Origin: Acidobacteriota bacterium
Lineage (GTDB): Bacteria > Acidobacteriota > UBA6911 > RPQK01 > JAJDTT01
Assembly: GCA_965263035.1 (NCBI GenBank)
Contig: OZ253580.1
Coordinates: 5,536,001 to 5,600,000, forward strand
Direction of reading: 5' to 3'
DNA length: 64,000 nt
Shown here: positions 11,258 through 20,825 of the stretch, piece after piece
Position numbering within the stretch: position 1 is the stretch's first letter
Layout: each line of letters begins with the position of its first letter
Made by a program: the position numbers and the translations under genes
The notes under the pieces: generated by a model
The model's input: only the letters and a program-made list of their open reading frames with translations
What the model was told of the DNA's origin: nothing
Database searches by the model: none

Positions 11258-11285
11258 GAGTACGATAAAGTATATTATACGTAGC
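11258..11285 (+). promoter_or_regulatory. dif/Xer-like 11-6-11 recombination or autoregulatory site directly upstream of the recombinase
   Basis: GAGTACGATAA-AGTATA-TTATACGTAGC resembles dif architecture (..ATAA-N6-TTAT..); ends 4 bp before the ATG. Confidence 0.6.
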
Positions 11286-11289
11286 TAAT

Positions 11290-12480
11290 ATGAGCGACAC
11301 CGACCTCGCCCTCAGAACCGACGATTCGCCTGCCGAAAAGGACCTCGAAGGGACCTTCCCGGCCATTCTCGTGAGGGCCGGCGCGAGCGCCTGCCTCGCC
11401 GCGGACGAGTTCTTCTCCGCGCGGATCTCCAACCCCCATACGCGAACCGCCTACGCCCACCAGGTGAGCCGGTTCCTCGCTTGGTGCGAGGACGAGGGGC
11501 TGGAGCTGCACCAGGTCACGCCAGGGTTGGCCGGCCGGTTCCTGGACGAGCTCCCCGGTGGTGCCCCCACCCGGAACCAGGCCCTGGCCGGACTGCGCCA
11601 CTTCTTCGATACCCTGGTGGCCCGGCACGCGGCGGTCCTCAATCCCTTTCAGTCGGTCCGGGGGGTGCGCCACCCGCACGGGGAGGGCCGGACGCCCGAG
11701 GTGACGGTCGACCAGGCCCGGCAGCTCCTCGCCTCCATCAAAACCCGCGACGTGTACGGGCTTCGGGACCGGGCGGTCCTCGGGACGCTCATCTACACCG
11801 GCGCCCGGGTCGGGGCCATCGCCCGGCTCCGGATGCAGGATCTTCGCGACAACGGCAAGTACCGGTCGCTGCAGTTTGCGGAAAAAGGAGGGAAGGCGCG
11901 GGAGATCCCGGTGCGCCACGATCTCGACGAGTGGATCGCGGCCTACCTCGAGGGGGCCGGGCTTGAGGACGCGCCCCAGGCCTCGCCGCTGTATCGGGCC
12001 GGGCAGCGCCGCGGCAGTCCGTTGACCGATCGGGCGATGTCGCCTCTCGCCATCCAGCTGATACTCAAGCGCCGGCTCAAGGCGGCCGGGTTGCCGAAGA
12101 TCCTCTCGCCCCACTCGTTCCGGGTCCTGGTGGTCACGGACCTGCTTTCCCAGAACGTGCCGCTTGAGTACGTTCAGTACCTGGCCGGTCACGCCCACCC
12201 CCGCACTACCCAGATCTACGACCGGCGCCGCCGCCGCGTCTCCCGCAATTTGGTGGAAGGGGACGGAGAAGGGGACAGTCACCTCGTCTCGCGTCAAGTG
12301 CCACCGGCTCTCGTCCCGGGAACACCCTACCGGACCGAACCTGATCCGCGGTTTGGAGAAGGATCCCGAGTCCTTGCTGGCGAACATCCTGGATCCCAAC
12401 CGTTTCATCGAACCCCAGTATCTGCAGTACGTGGCGACGGACCTCAAAGGGGGTCTCTACACCGGCCTGCTGCGGGATGA
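11290..12480 (+). CDS. Tyrosine recombinase/integrase; native C-terminus apparently replaced at ~12258 by the palindromic repeat and a foreign tail
   Basis: Catalytic R (TGARVG), K (EKGGK), HxxR (HSFR), H (LAGHA) and Y (TTQIYD); the tail after SRNLVE is an out-of-frame read of the CxxCH duplicate. Confidence 0.88.
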   Translation: MSDTDLALRTDDSPAEKDLEGTFPAILVRAGASACLAADEFFSARISNPHTRTAYAHQVSRFLAWCEDEGLELHQVTPGLAGRFLDELPGGAPTRNQALAGLRHFFDTLVARHAAVLNPFQSVRGVRHPHGEGRTPEVTVDQARQLLASIKTRDVYGLRDRAVLGTLIYTGARVGAIARLRMQDLRDNGKYRSLQFAEKGGKAREIPVRHDLDEWIAAYLEGAGLEDAPQASPLYRAGQRRGSPLTDRAMSPLAIQLILKRRLKAAGLPKILSPHSFRVLVVTDLLSQNVPLEYVQYLAGHAHPRTTQIYDRRRRRVSRNLVEGDGEGDSHLVSRQVPPALVPGTPYRTEPDPRFGEGSRVLAGEHPGSQPFHRTPVSAVRGDGPQRGSLHRPAAG

Positions 12481-12766
12481 AACGGCCACCAGCGTCACCC
12501 TGGTGGAGGGCGACGACCTGCGGAACACCCTGTTGCGGGAGAACATCCGCGAGATCCGGGCGACGACCAACTCCCTCATGCCCGAGGGCCTGGAAGAGAA
12601 CATCGACCACCAGGAGATGGCCGATCTGATCTCCTTCATCCTCAAGTATCAGTACGAGGTCGGCACCGAGAGCGCCGGCATCGGCTACGGGGAGGAAGTC
12701 TACGAGGAGATGATGCTTCACCCGTCGCTGAGGCCGGAGAGTCCGAAACCGCAAAAGGGGAATTAG
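12291..12766 (+). repeat. 476-bp diverged duplicate of the 3' end of the CxxCH gene (283-758)
   Basis: Near-identical from GCGTCAAGTGCCAC to the stop codon; variant tail ESPKPQKGN vs ENQDSQKGN; starts 1 bp after a palindrome copy. Confidence 0.95.
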
Positions 12767-13132
12767 CTGGCTTCAGGTAGGACGAGCGACGCGCAATAGC
12801 GTGCGATAATGCGCAGAATAGGATCATCTGAAGACAGTTAAACGACCCTATTTTCCGCTCTGCGGCGGCGCCGTACGCCGGCGTTTCTGGTCCGCACGGG
12901 AAAGCGGGATCCCGAGCTCGAGCTCTGGACTTGGTCCATACCGGCCGACATCTACAGCCGTGGTCCACGTCGAGGACTTGGTCCACAGGGAAGCCCGGAT
13001 CCGGAACTCGAGGCCCTGGATCCCGAGCGAACGGCCGCGGCGCCGTATGCCGGTGCCTCCAGCTGCTCACGGGCCGGGGCCGACCATACCTGATCCTTGT
13101 ACGGAGAAGGGGACAGTCACTTCCTTTCGTCA

Positions 13133-13951
13133 TTATCCGGTATCTTCTCCATCCGAACCTGGGGGCGGCGACTCAATGGCCGATGATCTCACACGCGCTC
13201 TGACCGACGACCGATGCACAACCGTTTTCACGACCTGGGCGAACCACGGCGCGGCATGCGGCGGCACCACGACCTCTTTCACCAGGATGTCCAGATTCAC
13301 AGAAATGTATCGACCTCGCTGAACCGCAACGTCGGGATCGAGGCGAATGTCCCCGTCCTCCGAAGGCGGGCAGGGCAGAACTGCACGCACCTCGCCCTCT
13401 CCGCGGTACTCGATCCGCTTATGGAAGAGCGGGGCCCATCCGAACCTCGACACTTCCTGTTGGCGGTAATCGATGTACTTTACCTGCCCGAAGGTGATTG
13501 GCAGTTCGGGAACCGAGCAAATTGACTCTTGCAAAGCCTGGTAGGTGGTACGGACCGCTACTCCTTCCGTGCCGGCGTAGGCTTCCCACATGAGGCTGGA
13601 TTCGTGGCCGGACTCCGTCCAGCAACTTATCAAGGCGGCCCGCGCCATCTTGTGCAGAGTGTCGCGAACGAGGTCTTCCGCTTCCCGCAGAGGATCTCCA
13701 GACTTGGGAGTTAGCGGCGGATAGATAAATCCCTCGTACCTGTCCGCCATTTCGCCGACCAAGGAGAAAAACAGCGCCCTGCGTTCCAGCAGGGAGGAGA
13801 ACTTTGCGAAGCTCATGTAACGCCAGAGCGTGGCGGTTGCATCTGGTTCCGACGGCTCCCACGGAGTCTCCCAAGCGGAATCGCCACTTGAAAACAACCG
13901 TTGCTCGCCCAACGCCGCTCCGATTAGCGGCTTTCCATATTCATGAGTCAT
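13133..13951 (-). CDS. DUF2971-like protein
   Basis: LWRYMSFAKF, ISCW, ESSLMWEAY, GVAV, GQVKY and KRIEYRGEGEVR patterns; bracketed by palindrome copies. Confidence 0.65.
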   Translation of the reverse strand: MTHEYGKPLIGAALGEQRLFSSGDSAWETPWEPSEPDATATLWRYMSFAKFSSLLERRALFFSLVGEMADRYEGFIYPPLTPKSGDPLREAEDLVRDTLHKMARAALISCWTESGHESSLMWEAYAGTEGVAVRTTYQALQESICSVPELPITFGQVKYIDYRQQEVSRFGWAPLFHKRIEYRGEGEVRAVLPCPPSEDGDIRLDPDVAVQRGRYISVNLDILVKEVVVPPHAAPWFAQVVKTVVHRSSVRARVRSSAIESPPPGSDGEDTG

Positions 13952-14534
13952 TGCCAGCAGCCTGCTCTAAAACGCGGGAGAAGGGGACAGTCACCACCTC
14001 TCATTCTACAAAGGGACACCTTCAAGACCATCGAAGCCGTCCTGGGACCGCATCGTCCTCATCGTCCGAGCGGCCGCGTGCTGTTCAGAGTTCGCGGCGC
14101 AACCGGCACAGCTTACTCTGGCCAGTGCTTCTTCCGCTATTCGAATAATGACGACAGTCTCCTCGCGAGAAGGGGACAGTCACCTCGTCTCGCCGGTCAC
14201 TTTTGCGACGCAGGATTCCAGGCCCGTCGGCGCGGGAGAAGGGGACGGTCACCTCGTCTCGCCGCGCGAGTTCTCAAGGGACGGACAAGGGGACAGTCAC
14301 CTCCTCTCGCACCGCACCATGCGTACGGCTGCCCATTTCCCGATACATACGATGAACTACAGAACCACTTCAAGAGTGCCTTTGATCTCTTGGAGGGTCA
14401 GGCCTGTCTATTTCATGGCGTCTGCAGGAAACTGACAGGTGGAATCAACGGCAACGGCATTATTACGTTTCGTGTGTTTCTGGTCCTTATCAGTCAATCA
14501 TGGGAAAATCGGTGCGCTGGTACTGAAAGAATTA

Positions 14535-15356
14535 ATGAGTGTCGAACATTATTGCGTCGCGGCTACGGTGCTTGGGGCTGCTGTTGCCATAGTGGGCCTT
14601 GGCACTACGCTTAGGCTAGTGCAGGGGATTGTGGACCGGGAATGGAGAAGACTCCGATACAAGGTAGACCAAATTGTCGCGGAGATGGACTCTGCTGATT
14701 CTCCAAAGCCATCCCATCAGATGTGTCAGTTTTTGGTGGTCGGGGAAGATCGTCGGTTCCATCATCATCCAGGTGTGGATCCAATAGCGCTGGGCAGAGC
14801 CGTTTGGAAGACGTTCTATTGCGGCCAACGCCAGGGAGCGTCAACTATTGCGATGCAATTCGTGCGCACTTTAACTGGGCGCTACGAATGCACCTATCGG
14901 CGCAAGTTGCTTGAAATGATTCTTGCAGTTCGGGTGACCCACCACATTGGCCGCGCTCGGCTGCCGGCTCTCTATCTCTGGATCGCATATTACGGGTGGC
15001 AGATGAGAGGTTTCAGGCAGGCTTGTCTACGAGTTCGTATCGACCCACATACCTCCGGCGCAGCCGAATCGGCACTGCTTGTTGCTCGACTCAAGTACCC
15101 GGAAACACGGAGCGTGAGCCGCAAACAAGAGCGAAGAATTCAACGTCGGGCGGACCACCTAACGTCGTTTCGAACTTCCAGTAAAAACAATAGACTTTGG
15201 AGCCAATTAGCATTCTGGATCAATGTCACGTGTTGGAATTGGCAGGCTGAGGTCGAGAGTAGACACGGACAACGATCATCTAATTATGGCCTTCGCGGGA
15301 TGTTCGTAACAGATTCCAAAAGTACCGGCCAGTCTACGATTCCATCTGGTCTTTGA
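14535..15356 (+). CDS. Stand-alone GT51 transglycosylase-domain protein
   Basis: EDRRFHHHPGVD, GASTIAMQ, RKLLE, LYLWIAYYG motifs; N-terminal hydrophobic segment; no transpeptidase domain. Confidence 0.8.
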   Translation: MSVEHYCVAATVLGAAVAIVGLGTTLRLVQGIVDREWRRLRYKVDQIVAEMDSADSPKPSHQMCQFLVVGEDRRFHHHPGVDPIALGRAVWKTFYCGQRQGASTIAMQFVRTLTGRYECTYRRKLLEMILAVRVTHHIGRARLPALYLWIAYYGWQMRGFRQACLRVRIDPHTSGAAESALLVARLKYPETRSVSRKQERRIQRRADHLTSFRTSSKNNRLWSQLAFWINVTCWNWQAEVESRHGQRSSNYGLRGMFVTDSKSTGQSTIPSGL

Positions 15357-15482
15357 TGAGCGTATTTCTCGGTGGGAATTCGAAGGGAATCGGGGTCTTT
15401 ATTTGAAGATTTCGAGCCCCCATATGCAGCCACTTGGATTACGGAGAACCCGGGCGGTTCTGCGGGGCAAATACGTAGACTA

Positions 15483-16442
15483 ATGGCCGTAGAAATGCAG
15501 GGCAAATTCATTCCAAACACCTATCAAATTCTCGTGATGATTCTAGCGTTTGCGTTCTGCGGGCTGGTGTGGGCAGGAGACCACTATCAAAGTCTTGCAC
15601 CGAGTCCCGTCAATTACGAGGACTTCTCTCTATCCGATTTGGGGTCCCAACGAACAGTTATCGTCCGAACTCTAACAGGCGGAATCGGAGTCCTGGCCTT
15701 AAAGGTCGGATGGGGTGGCAGGGAGTCGCCCACTTTTCTCGTTGAAACGCTTGCAAGCCAGGATCGAGCGGGTAAGAGCGACCCGACGAATACGGAAACA
15801 TGGTATCTCAAGCTTTGCAATCAGATCCGCGAGGCGCTCATTGCAGCGACTGTCGAGGCTCTTGTTACAGTTATCATATTCGGCCTCGGCGGATTCATAT
15901 TCTTCAAGTACGTTGTTCGACCGCCCGATCTATCTGGGTGTTGGAAATTCACTGTGGAATACGAAAACACCGCCTACTCCAAGTTCAGCGGTCTACAGGT
16001 TACATACCAGGTCTTACTGATTCAGCAGGGCCTCAAACTATCTGGTACGGGCGAGAAACTATCTGATCGCGGACCAATACAGGATGCTAAAGACTACGTT
16101 GGTAAATACCGAACGAAGATCCAAATCGTTGGCAACGTCACACACAATTATTTCTCGCGTGATGTCGTCGCGCTTCATTACGATGAGGGCGGTGAGCGTC
16201 GCAAGAGTTCGACTGTGCACCGGCTCGTGGAATGCGGTGGGGGAAGAATGAGTGGTTGTTTTTGGTCCACGATCGCCAACACCTCGGGCCCAGTCTGGTG
16301 GGAACGTTGTGCCTCTAACATCGACTATGAGCCCGTGACGCCTCCTGGACGTTTGATGGTGGCTTCCACGATTTCGGACCGTGCAAGGAACAACTTGATG
16401 GTGAAGGCACGAAGGTGCCTTCACCCACCCAATGGCGACTGA
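15483..16442 (+). CDS. Membrane protein with a C-terminal beta-rich domain (possibly SMODS-associated 2TM-beta/Cap15-like)
   Basis: TM segments, then PDLSGCW.F..YQVLLIQ..LSGTGEK..MSGCFWST; lower GC than the flanks. Confidence 0.45.
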   Translation: MAVEMQGKFIPNTYQILVMILAFAFCGLVWAGDHYQSLAPSPVNYEDFSLSDLGSQRTVIVRTLTGGIGVLALKVGWGGRESPTFLVETLASQDRAGKSDPTNTETWYLKLCNQIREALIAATVEALVTVIIFGLGGFIFFKYVVRPPDLSGCWKFTVEYENTAYSKFSGLQVTYQVLLIQQGLKLSGTGEKLSDRGPIQDAKDYVGKYRTKIQIVGNVTHNYFSRDVVALHYDEGGERRKSSTVHRLVECGGGRMSGCFWSTIANTSGPVWWERCASNIDYEPVTPPGRLMVASTISDRARNNLMVKARRCLHPPNGD

Positions 16443-16581
16443 ACGCGTGAGATTAGAGGGGGACGGCGGGAGAACGGGCCAGTCTCCTCCTCTTGTCCTT
16501 GCGGCTTTCCGGATGAGAACCAAGTAAAGGTCCGATACCGGCCGCGCGAGTTCCCAACGCCGCCGGGCTCTCCTGGATCGG

Positions 16582-17811
16582 CTAACTGACCGGTCCAAAA
16601 TCGGGAATCTTCAGCCAGTCTCCACCCTTCAGCGCCGAGTGGAATCCGACGATTCCGGGCGCAGTATAGGACAGGGCTTGATGGACATCGACCGACGGGG
16701 CGCGTTGCTCCAGACATGCCGAAACGAACTCATGAATGATAAAGGGATGGGAACCCCCGTGCCCTCCAACGTTCCTCAGTGACGGCGGCAGTCCTGCGGA
16801 GTGGTCCGCCTGCAACAGTTCAGGTTCTGAATGAGGACGGGTCACGTAAGCGGAAGGGCACAGACCCTTCCACCTCTCGAACAACGACATTTCGGTCCCA
16901 AAATAATCCGCTCCTTCACGGCCGGGAGCGGCGGTCCACCAGTGGATGTTGATTCGGGAGGAGTTTCCACCCGACGTTTTGAAGAAGAAGGTCGTGTTCA
17001 AAAACGGGTTGCCGTACTCGTTCTCCTTGAAGAACGGGTGATCCAGCGGCGTTCCGACCGCCGCGACCTCAACCAGGCTCTCGCCGGTCACATGAACGAT
17101 CGGACCGCTGGCATGGGTGATATAGAGGCCTTGAGCGTTGCCATACCGCCATGTCGGCTTACCCTCGTGAAAGAACATCCGCTCCAGATACTCCGGCATC
17201 TCTCCCTTCGCCAAGTAGGTACCGTGGTCATGGATGTAATCCCCCTGAGTGTAGTAGATCCTCCCGAACTCTCCTTCTTCCCTCAGTCTGCGGGCAGTCA
17301 TGGTGGATGGGTGAAAGCAGCTGGTTTCGGCCATCATGTAGATCTGGCCGGTCTTTTTGACGGACTCCAGAAGCTGCTGGCACTGTTCCAAGGTTGTGGC
17401 GGCCGGAACCGCACTGATGGCGTGCCGACCGGATTCCATGACCTCCACGCAGTGCGGAACGTGATGGGGCGCCCCGGTGAAGATGGCGACCGCATCCACT
17501 GAGGGGTTCTTGAGCATGGCACGGAAATCGGCATAGGCGTTAGAGCACTCGAACCGCTCTTCCAGCCTTTTCCGGCGGTCCTCCCTGAGGTCAGCGACCG
17601 CGGTCACCTTGCAGTTGGGATGCCGCTGCCAGGGAAACGCGGCGCCGAATCCGCCGCCTACCACGCCGATCCGCAACTGTTTGCCAGCCTCGAGCGGGCG
17701 GTACCCTTTTCCGAGTAGCGAAGCGGTCAATGCGGTCGTACCGGCTGCCTTCGCACCCTGGAAAAACACTCGGCGGCTTATGGATTGGGATCGCGCCTCC
17801 GATCTCACCAT
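16582..17811 (-). CDS. Gfo/Idh/MocA-family oxidoreductase with Tat signal
   Basis: SRRVFF twin-arginine motif, LRIGVVGGGFG Rossmann motif, DAVAIFT..H, GGHGGSH. Confidence 0.88.
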   Translation of the reverse strand: MVRSEARSQSISRRVFFQGAKAAGTTALTASLLGKGYRPLEAGKQLRIGVVGGGFGAAFPWQRHPNCKVTAVADLREDRRKRLEERFECSNAYADFRAMLKNPSVDAVAIFTGAPHHVPHCVEVMESGRHAISAVPAATTLEQCQQLLESVKKTGQIYMMAETSCFHPSTMTARRLREEGEFGRIYYTQGDYIHDHGTYLAKGEMPEYLERMFFHEGKPTWRYGNAQGLYITHASGPIVHVTGESLVEVAAVGTPLDHPFFKENEYGNPFLNTTFFFKTSGGNSSRINIHWWTAAPGREGADYFGTEMSLFERWKGLCPSAYVTRPHSEPELLQADHSAGLPPSLRNVGGHGGSHPFIIHEFVSACLEQRAPSVDVHQALSYTAPGIVGFHSALKGGDWLKIPDFGPVS

Positions 17812-18074
17812 GATGGGCGTCCTTTCTGGGGGCTGGAATTTGGGTGAATCCTAGAGGACACCGAATCGGGCGGTCAAGGCAGCGTAGCGTGGGCTCGGCT
17901 ACGGAAACGGCGCTTGGAGGGAAGGAAACCAGAGAAGGGGACAGTCACCGTCTCTGGTGCCCCACGCGGTCGGGCTCGCTTCGTCGGCGACGCAAGCCTT
18001 TAGCTCGGGGGCGCCAGCGATCAGTTCCGCGAAGCACTGGCACGCTCTGAGAGAAGGAAGAAAAGTCGAACCGA

Positions 18075-19031
18075 TCAGATCAGCATCTTTCTAAGCCGTC
18101 GGAGCTTCAGCTTCACCCCAACCTTCTCGTCAACATCGAGGGCATTCTCGTACTGCTCGATCGCTTGGTGGAGATCTCCCGCCTGTTCATGAATTTCTCC
18201 CGACAACCGAAGGGCCTTGGCGATGATGCGGTCATCGTCTTGGACGTCCTGCTTGTCAAATGCCTTCTTAACTAGGGCTAGGAATTTCTCTGCATTTCCA
18301 CTAGAAATATCGTCAGAGTAGGCTGCAAGTTTTTCTCTGCAAACATCAAGGATATCCTGACCTGATCCGTAGCGGATTCGGCTCTGATCCCAATTATCGG
18401 AGTCCTCGAACCGTCCATCCTCATACGAGTATTCGAACGTCCCAAATTGCTCATAGACAAGGCCGAGCTTCCGGTCCATGTCGTCGAACCAATAGGACTC
18501 GGCCCAGCCGGTTTCCGGCTTCTTTTTCCAACGAATCTCGCCGGTGGTGAGGTCGAGAAATACCAATGCTCCCCCATCTTCTTTGGAGGGCGCATTCGCA
18601 AGCTGTACGACGGCGTACTTGCCGCTGTCACTGATGCCTGTACTGATCGCATTGGCTCGAAACTCATGCTTTAGGATTTGGTCTCCGTCAGAGGAGAATC
18701 CGTAAACTCGGCTCTTGAGGGCGTTGCCGAAACACCAGTCTGTCAGGATAATGGTTCCGTTTCTTGCCACCTTTCCATCGTTCGGGCGTTCAAGCTTCCC
18801 TGAGCACAACTTCGAATTCCCACGCTTCAGGACATACGCTCCATGCGGATCGTCGCCGTCGCTAAAGAATTGAGACCACGTCAGCCGGTATGTTCCGTCC
18901 GTTGATTCGGCATATGGTCCGACGCTCTCAATGAAATCCAGGTCGATAACTTTGGGCTTGATTCCGGTTGGCTTCGGCTTGGATCCTTGCGGAGATCGGA
19001 GAGCTCTCAGGACGGCATTGATGAAACTCAT
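18075..19031 (-). CDS. Hypothetical protein, beta-propeller-like region plus C-terminal TPR
   Basis: Likely start MSFINAV at 19031; beta-rich repeats and ALRLSGEIHEQAGDLHQAIEQYENAL TPR. Confidence 0.6.
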   Translation of the reverse strand: MSFINAVLRALRSPQGSKPKPTGIKPKVIDLDFIESVGPYAESTDGTYRLTWSQFFSDGDDPHGAYVLKRGNSKLCSGKLERPNDGKVARNGTIILTDWCFGNALKSRVYGFSSDGDQILKHEFRANAISTGISDSGKYAVVQLANAPSKEDGGALVFLDLTTGEIRWKKKPETGWAESYWFDDMDRKLGLVYEQFGTFEYSYEDGRFEDSDNWDQSRIRYGSGQDILDVCREKLAAYSDDISSGNAEKFLALVKKAFDKQDVQDDDRIIAKALRLSGEIHEQAGDLHQAIEQYENALDVDEKVGVKLKLRRLRKMLI

Positions 19032-19299
19032 AGGAATCTCCTTTGGCTCATAATGACCTTCAGCGTGCGGGGCGCGGACGTCCAAACTGACCAAGTGGAG
19101 TTCCCTGCGGCCGCCGCGGACCGCCAGCAGCCAGTGTATCAGGGGAAACGATAGGGGAAAGTCACCTTCTCTCGCCGGCGGCGCGGGGCGGTCCCAGGGA
19201 GAAGGGGATAGTGCGCCAGGTTCGCGAGCCGTGCGGGGGGAAACGGAGAAGGGGACAGTCACTTCCTCTCGGTCACCTCCTCTCGCGGGCCTGTTACGG

Positions 19300-19412
19300 G
19301 GTCTGGAAGAGAACAGCGACCGCCAGGAAATGGCCGACCTGATCACCTTCATCCTCAAGTATCAAACCGAGGTCGGCACGTAGAGCGGCGGCATCGGCTA
19401 TGGGGAGGACGT
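19300..19412 (+). pseudogene. Degenerate 3' fragment of the CxxCH gene
   Basis: GGTCTGGAAGAGAAC..ATGGCCGACCTGATC..CTCAAGTATCA..GGCATCGGCTATGGGGAGG matches ~578-688. Confidence 0.85.
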
Positions 19413-19430
19413 CTCTTTAGTTGAGTCTCG

Positions 19431-19852
19431 TCACTGCGGGACGGGAACCACCGGCAAAGTCGTGAAGATTCGGCTTCCGGCATCCAACTCCAGGGCGATC
19501 CCGGCGAACCGTTCCCCTTCAGGAGCGGTGCAACGAACCGATCCGACGAAGTCGGACGTATCGGTCTGGGTGAACAACTCGTGGATAAACTTGGCCGTCT
19601 GGCCGTTGCCGGCCAGTGGAATGTCCTTCGTCTCCAATTCCGCGCCTGCTTTCATCAATTGGCAACTCACGTCGATCGGATTCTCTCCCAGGTTCCGGAT
19701 CGCGGCTCCCGTGTTGATTCCGCCCTCTTGGCGGCGGGCCGGGAAAATGACGTCGTTTGCGGGCGCACTGACCCCCACGCCGGCCACGCCCAGGGACGGG
19801 GCATCGAACCGCAGGACCCCGCCGATGCGGGCTGCGCCGCCCGCGTCCTCCC
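19431..19852 (-). pseudogene. 3' fragment of the C-terminal-domain gene at 21340-22872
   Basis: Near-identical to ~21365-21768; its 5' break abuts the palindrome at 19857. Confidence 0.9.
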
Positions 19853-19915
19853 GAGAGAGAAAGGGACAGTCACCTCCTTGCGCCTCTTGTTATCATAATC
19901 TGATAACATCAATCG

Positions 19916-20287
19916 ATGACGACGCCGGACCGAGACCCGGGACTGGACACCCTGCTCGACCTTCACGGCGAGACGCTGTTTGTGGACGACACGGGGCATT
20001 GGGTGAAGTTCGTCGTAGTGCGGACCGAGGCGACGCCCGAACGACCGCACGCCCTCCGCTACTCGTTGACACTGCACGCGCCGGATGGCGCCAGATTGGT
20101 TGGATTCGATAATGCGCACCCGGTTAGGGAGCGGCCAGGCCCGGGCAGGCGGCGACGGACAGAGCGCGACCATCGGCATCGGCTGCGGAAGGTCCGGCCC
20201 TATGAGTACAGAGACGCAGTGACGCTCCTCGAGGATTTCTGGAAAGAAGTGGACCAAGTTCTTGAAGAAGGAGGCTCGATTCCATGA
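19916..20287 (+). CDS. DUF6516-like putative toxin
   Basis: RPHALRYSLTLH..RLVGFDNAH..DHRH..YEY..LLEDFW pattern; 4-bp overlap with the next gene. Confidence 0.75.
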   Translation: MTTPDRDPGLDTLLDLHGETLFVDDTGHWVKFVVVRTEATPERPHALRYSLTLHAPDGARLVGFDNAHPVRERPGPGRRRRTERDHRHRLRKVRPYEYRDAVTLLEDFWKEVDQVLEEGGSIP

Positions 20288-20652
20288 AGACACTAGAGAT
20301 CGGGATTGCCGGTTACGACCAGATGAAGGCGCGCACCCTGGCGATTGCCCGCGGGGAGCACACGCCCGCGAAAGGTGAGCCGAAGGTGTGGTTCACCTCG
20401 ATCGAGAGCTTTGCAAAGTTGCTCTCCGAGCACAACAGACATCTCCTGGAGCTGATTGCCCGAGAGAAACCGGGTTCGCTCACGGAGCTCGCGGAGATGG
20501 CCGGGCGAAGCAAGTCGAACCTCTCGCGAACCCTGAAGACGATGTCTAAATACGGGCTCGTGGAATTGCGACACGGAGAGCGTGGGAGGCTGGTACCGCG
20601 GGTGCCTTACGATCACGTGAGGCTCGATGTCTCGTTGACTTCAACGTGGTGA
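20284..20652 (+). CDS. MarR-type HTH putative antitoxin
   Basis: VWFTSIESFAKLLS, PGSLTELAEMAGRSKSNLSRTLKTM HTH; ATGA coupling to the upstream gene. Confidence 0.8.
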   Translation: MKTLEIGIAGYDQMKARTLAIARGEHTPAKGEPKVWFTSIESFAKLLSEHNRHLLELIAREKPGSLTELAEMAGRSKSNLSRTLKTMSKYGLVELRHGERGRLVPRVPYDHVRLDVSLTSTW

Positions 20653-20825
20653 AGCAGCGGTACACATAAGCCCCACAGAAGGTGGGCCGCCGGTCCCCGT
20701 CTCTCAGCCCGGAACAGCCCATCAATGGTACCGGGCAGTGATCCAGATCACCGCTCTCCAGCCGTGTCCATGCGAGAGTCAGGAGGGGGCCCTTCAGCCT
20801 CTCCGAAACTCCCGGAATCGGCGGT

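Noticed and set aside
19032-19358. N-terminal extension of the TPR ORF
   Set aside because: It runs through palindromes and the antisense CxxCH fragment; the real start is probably 19031.
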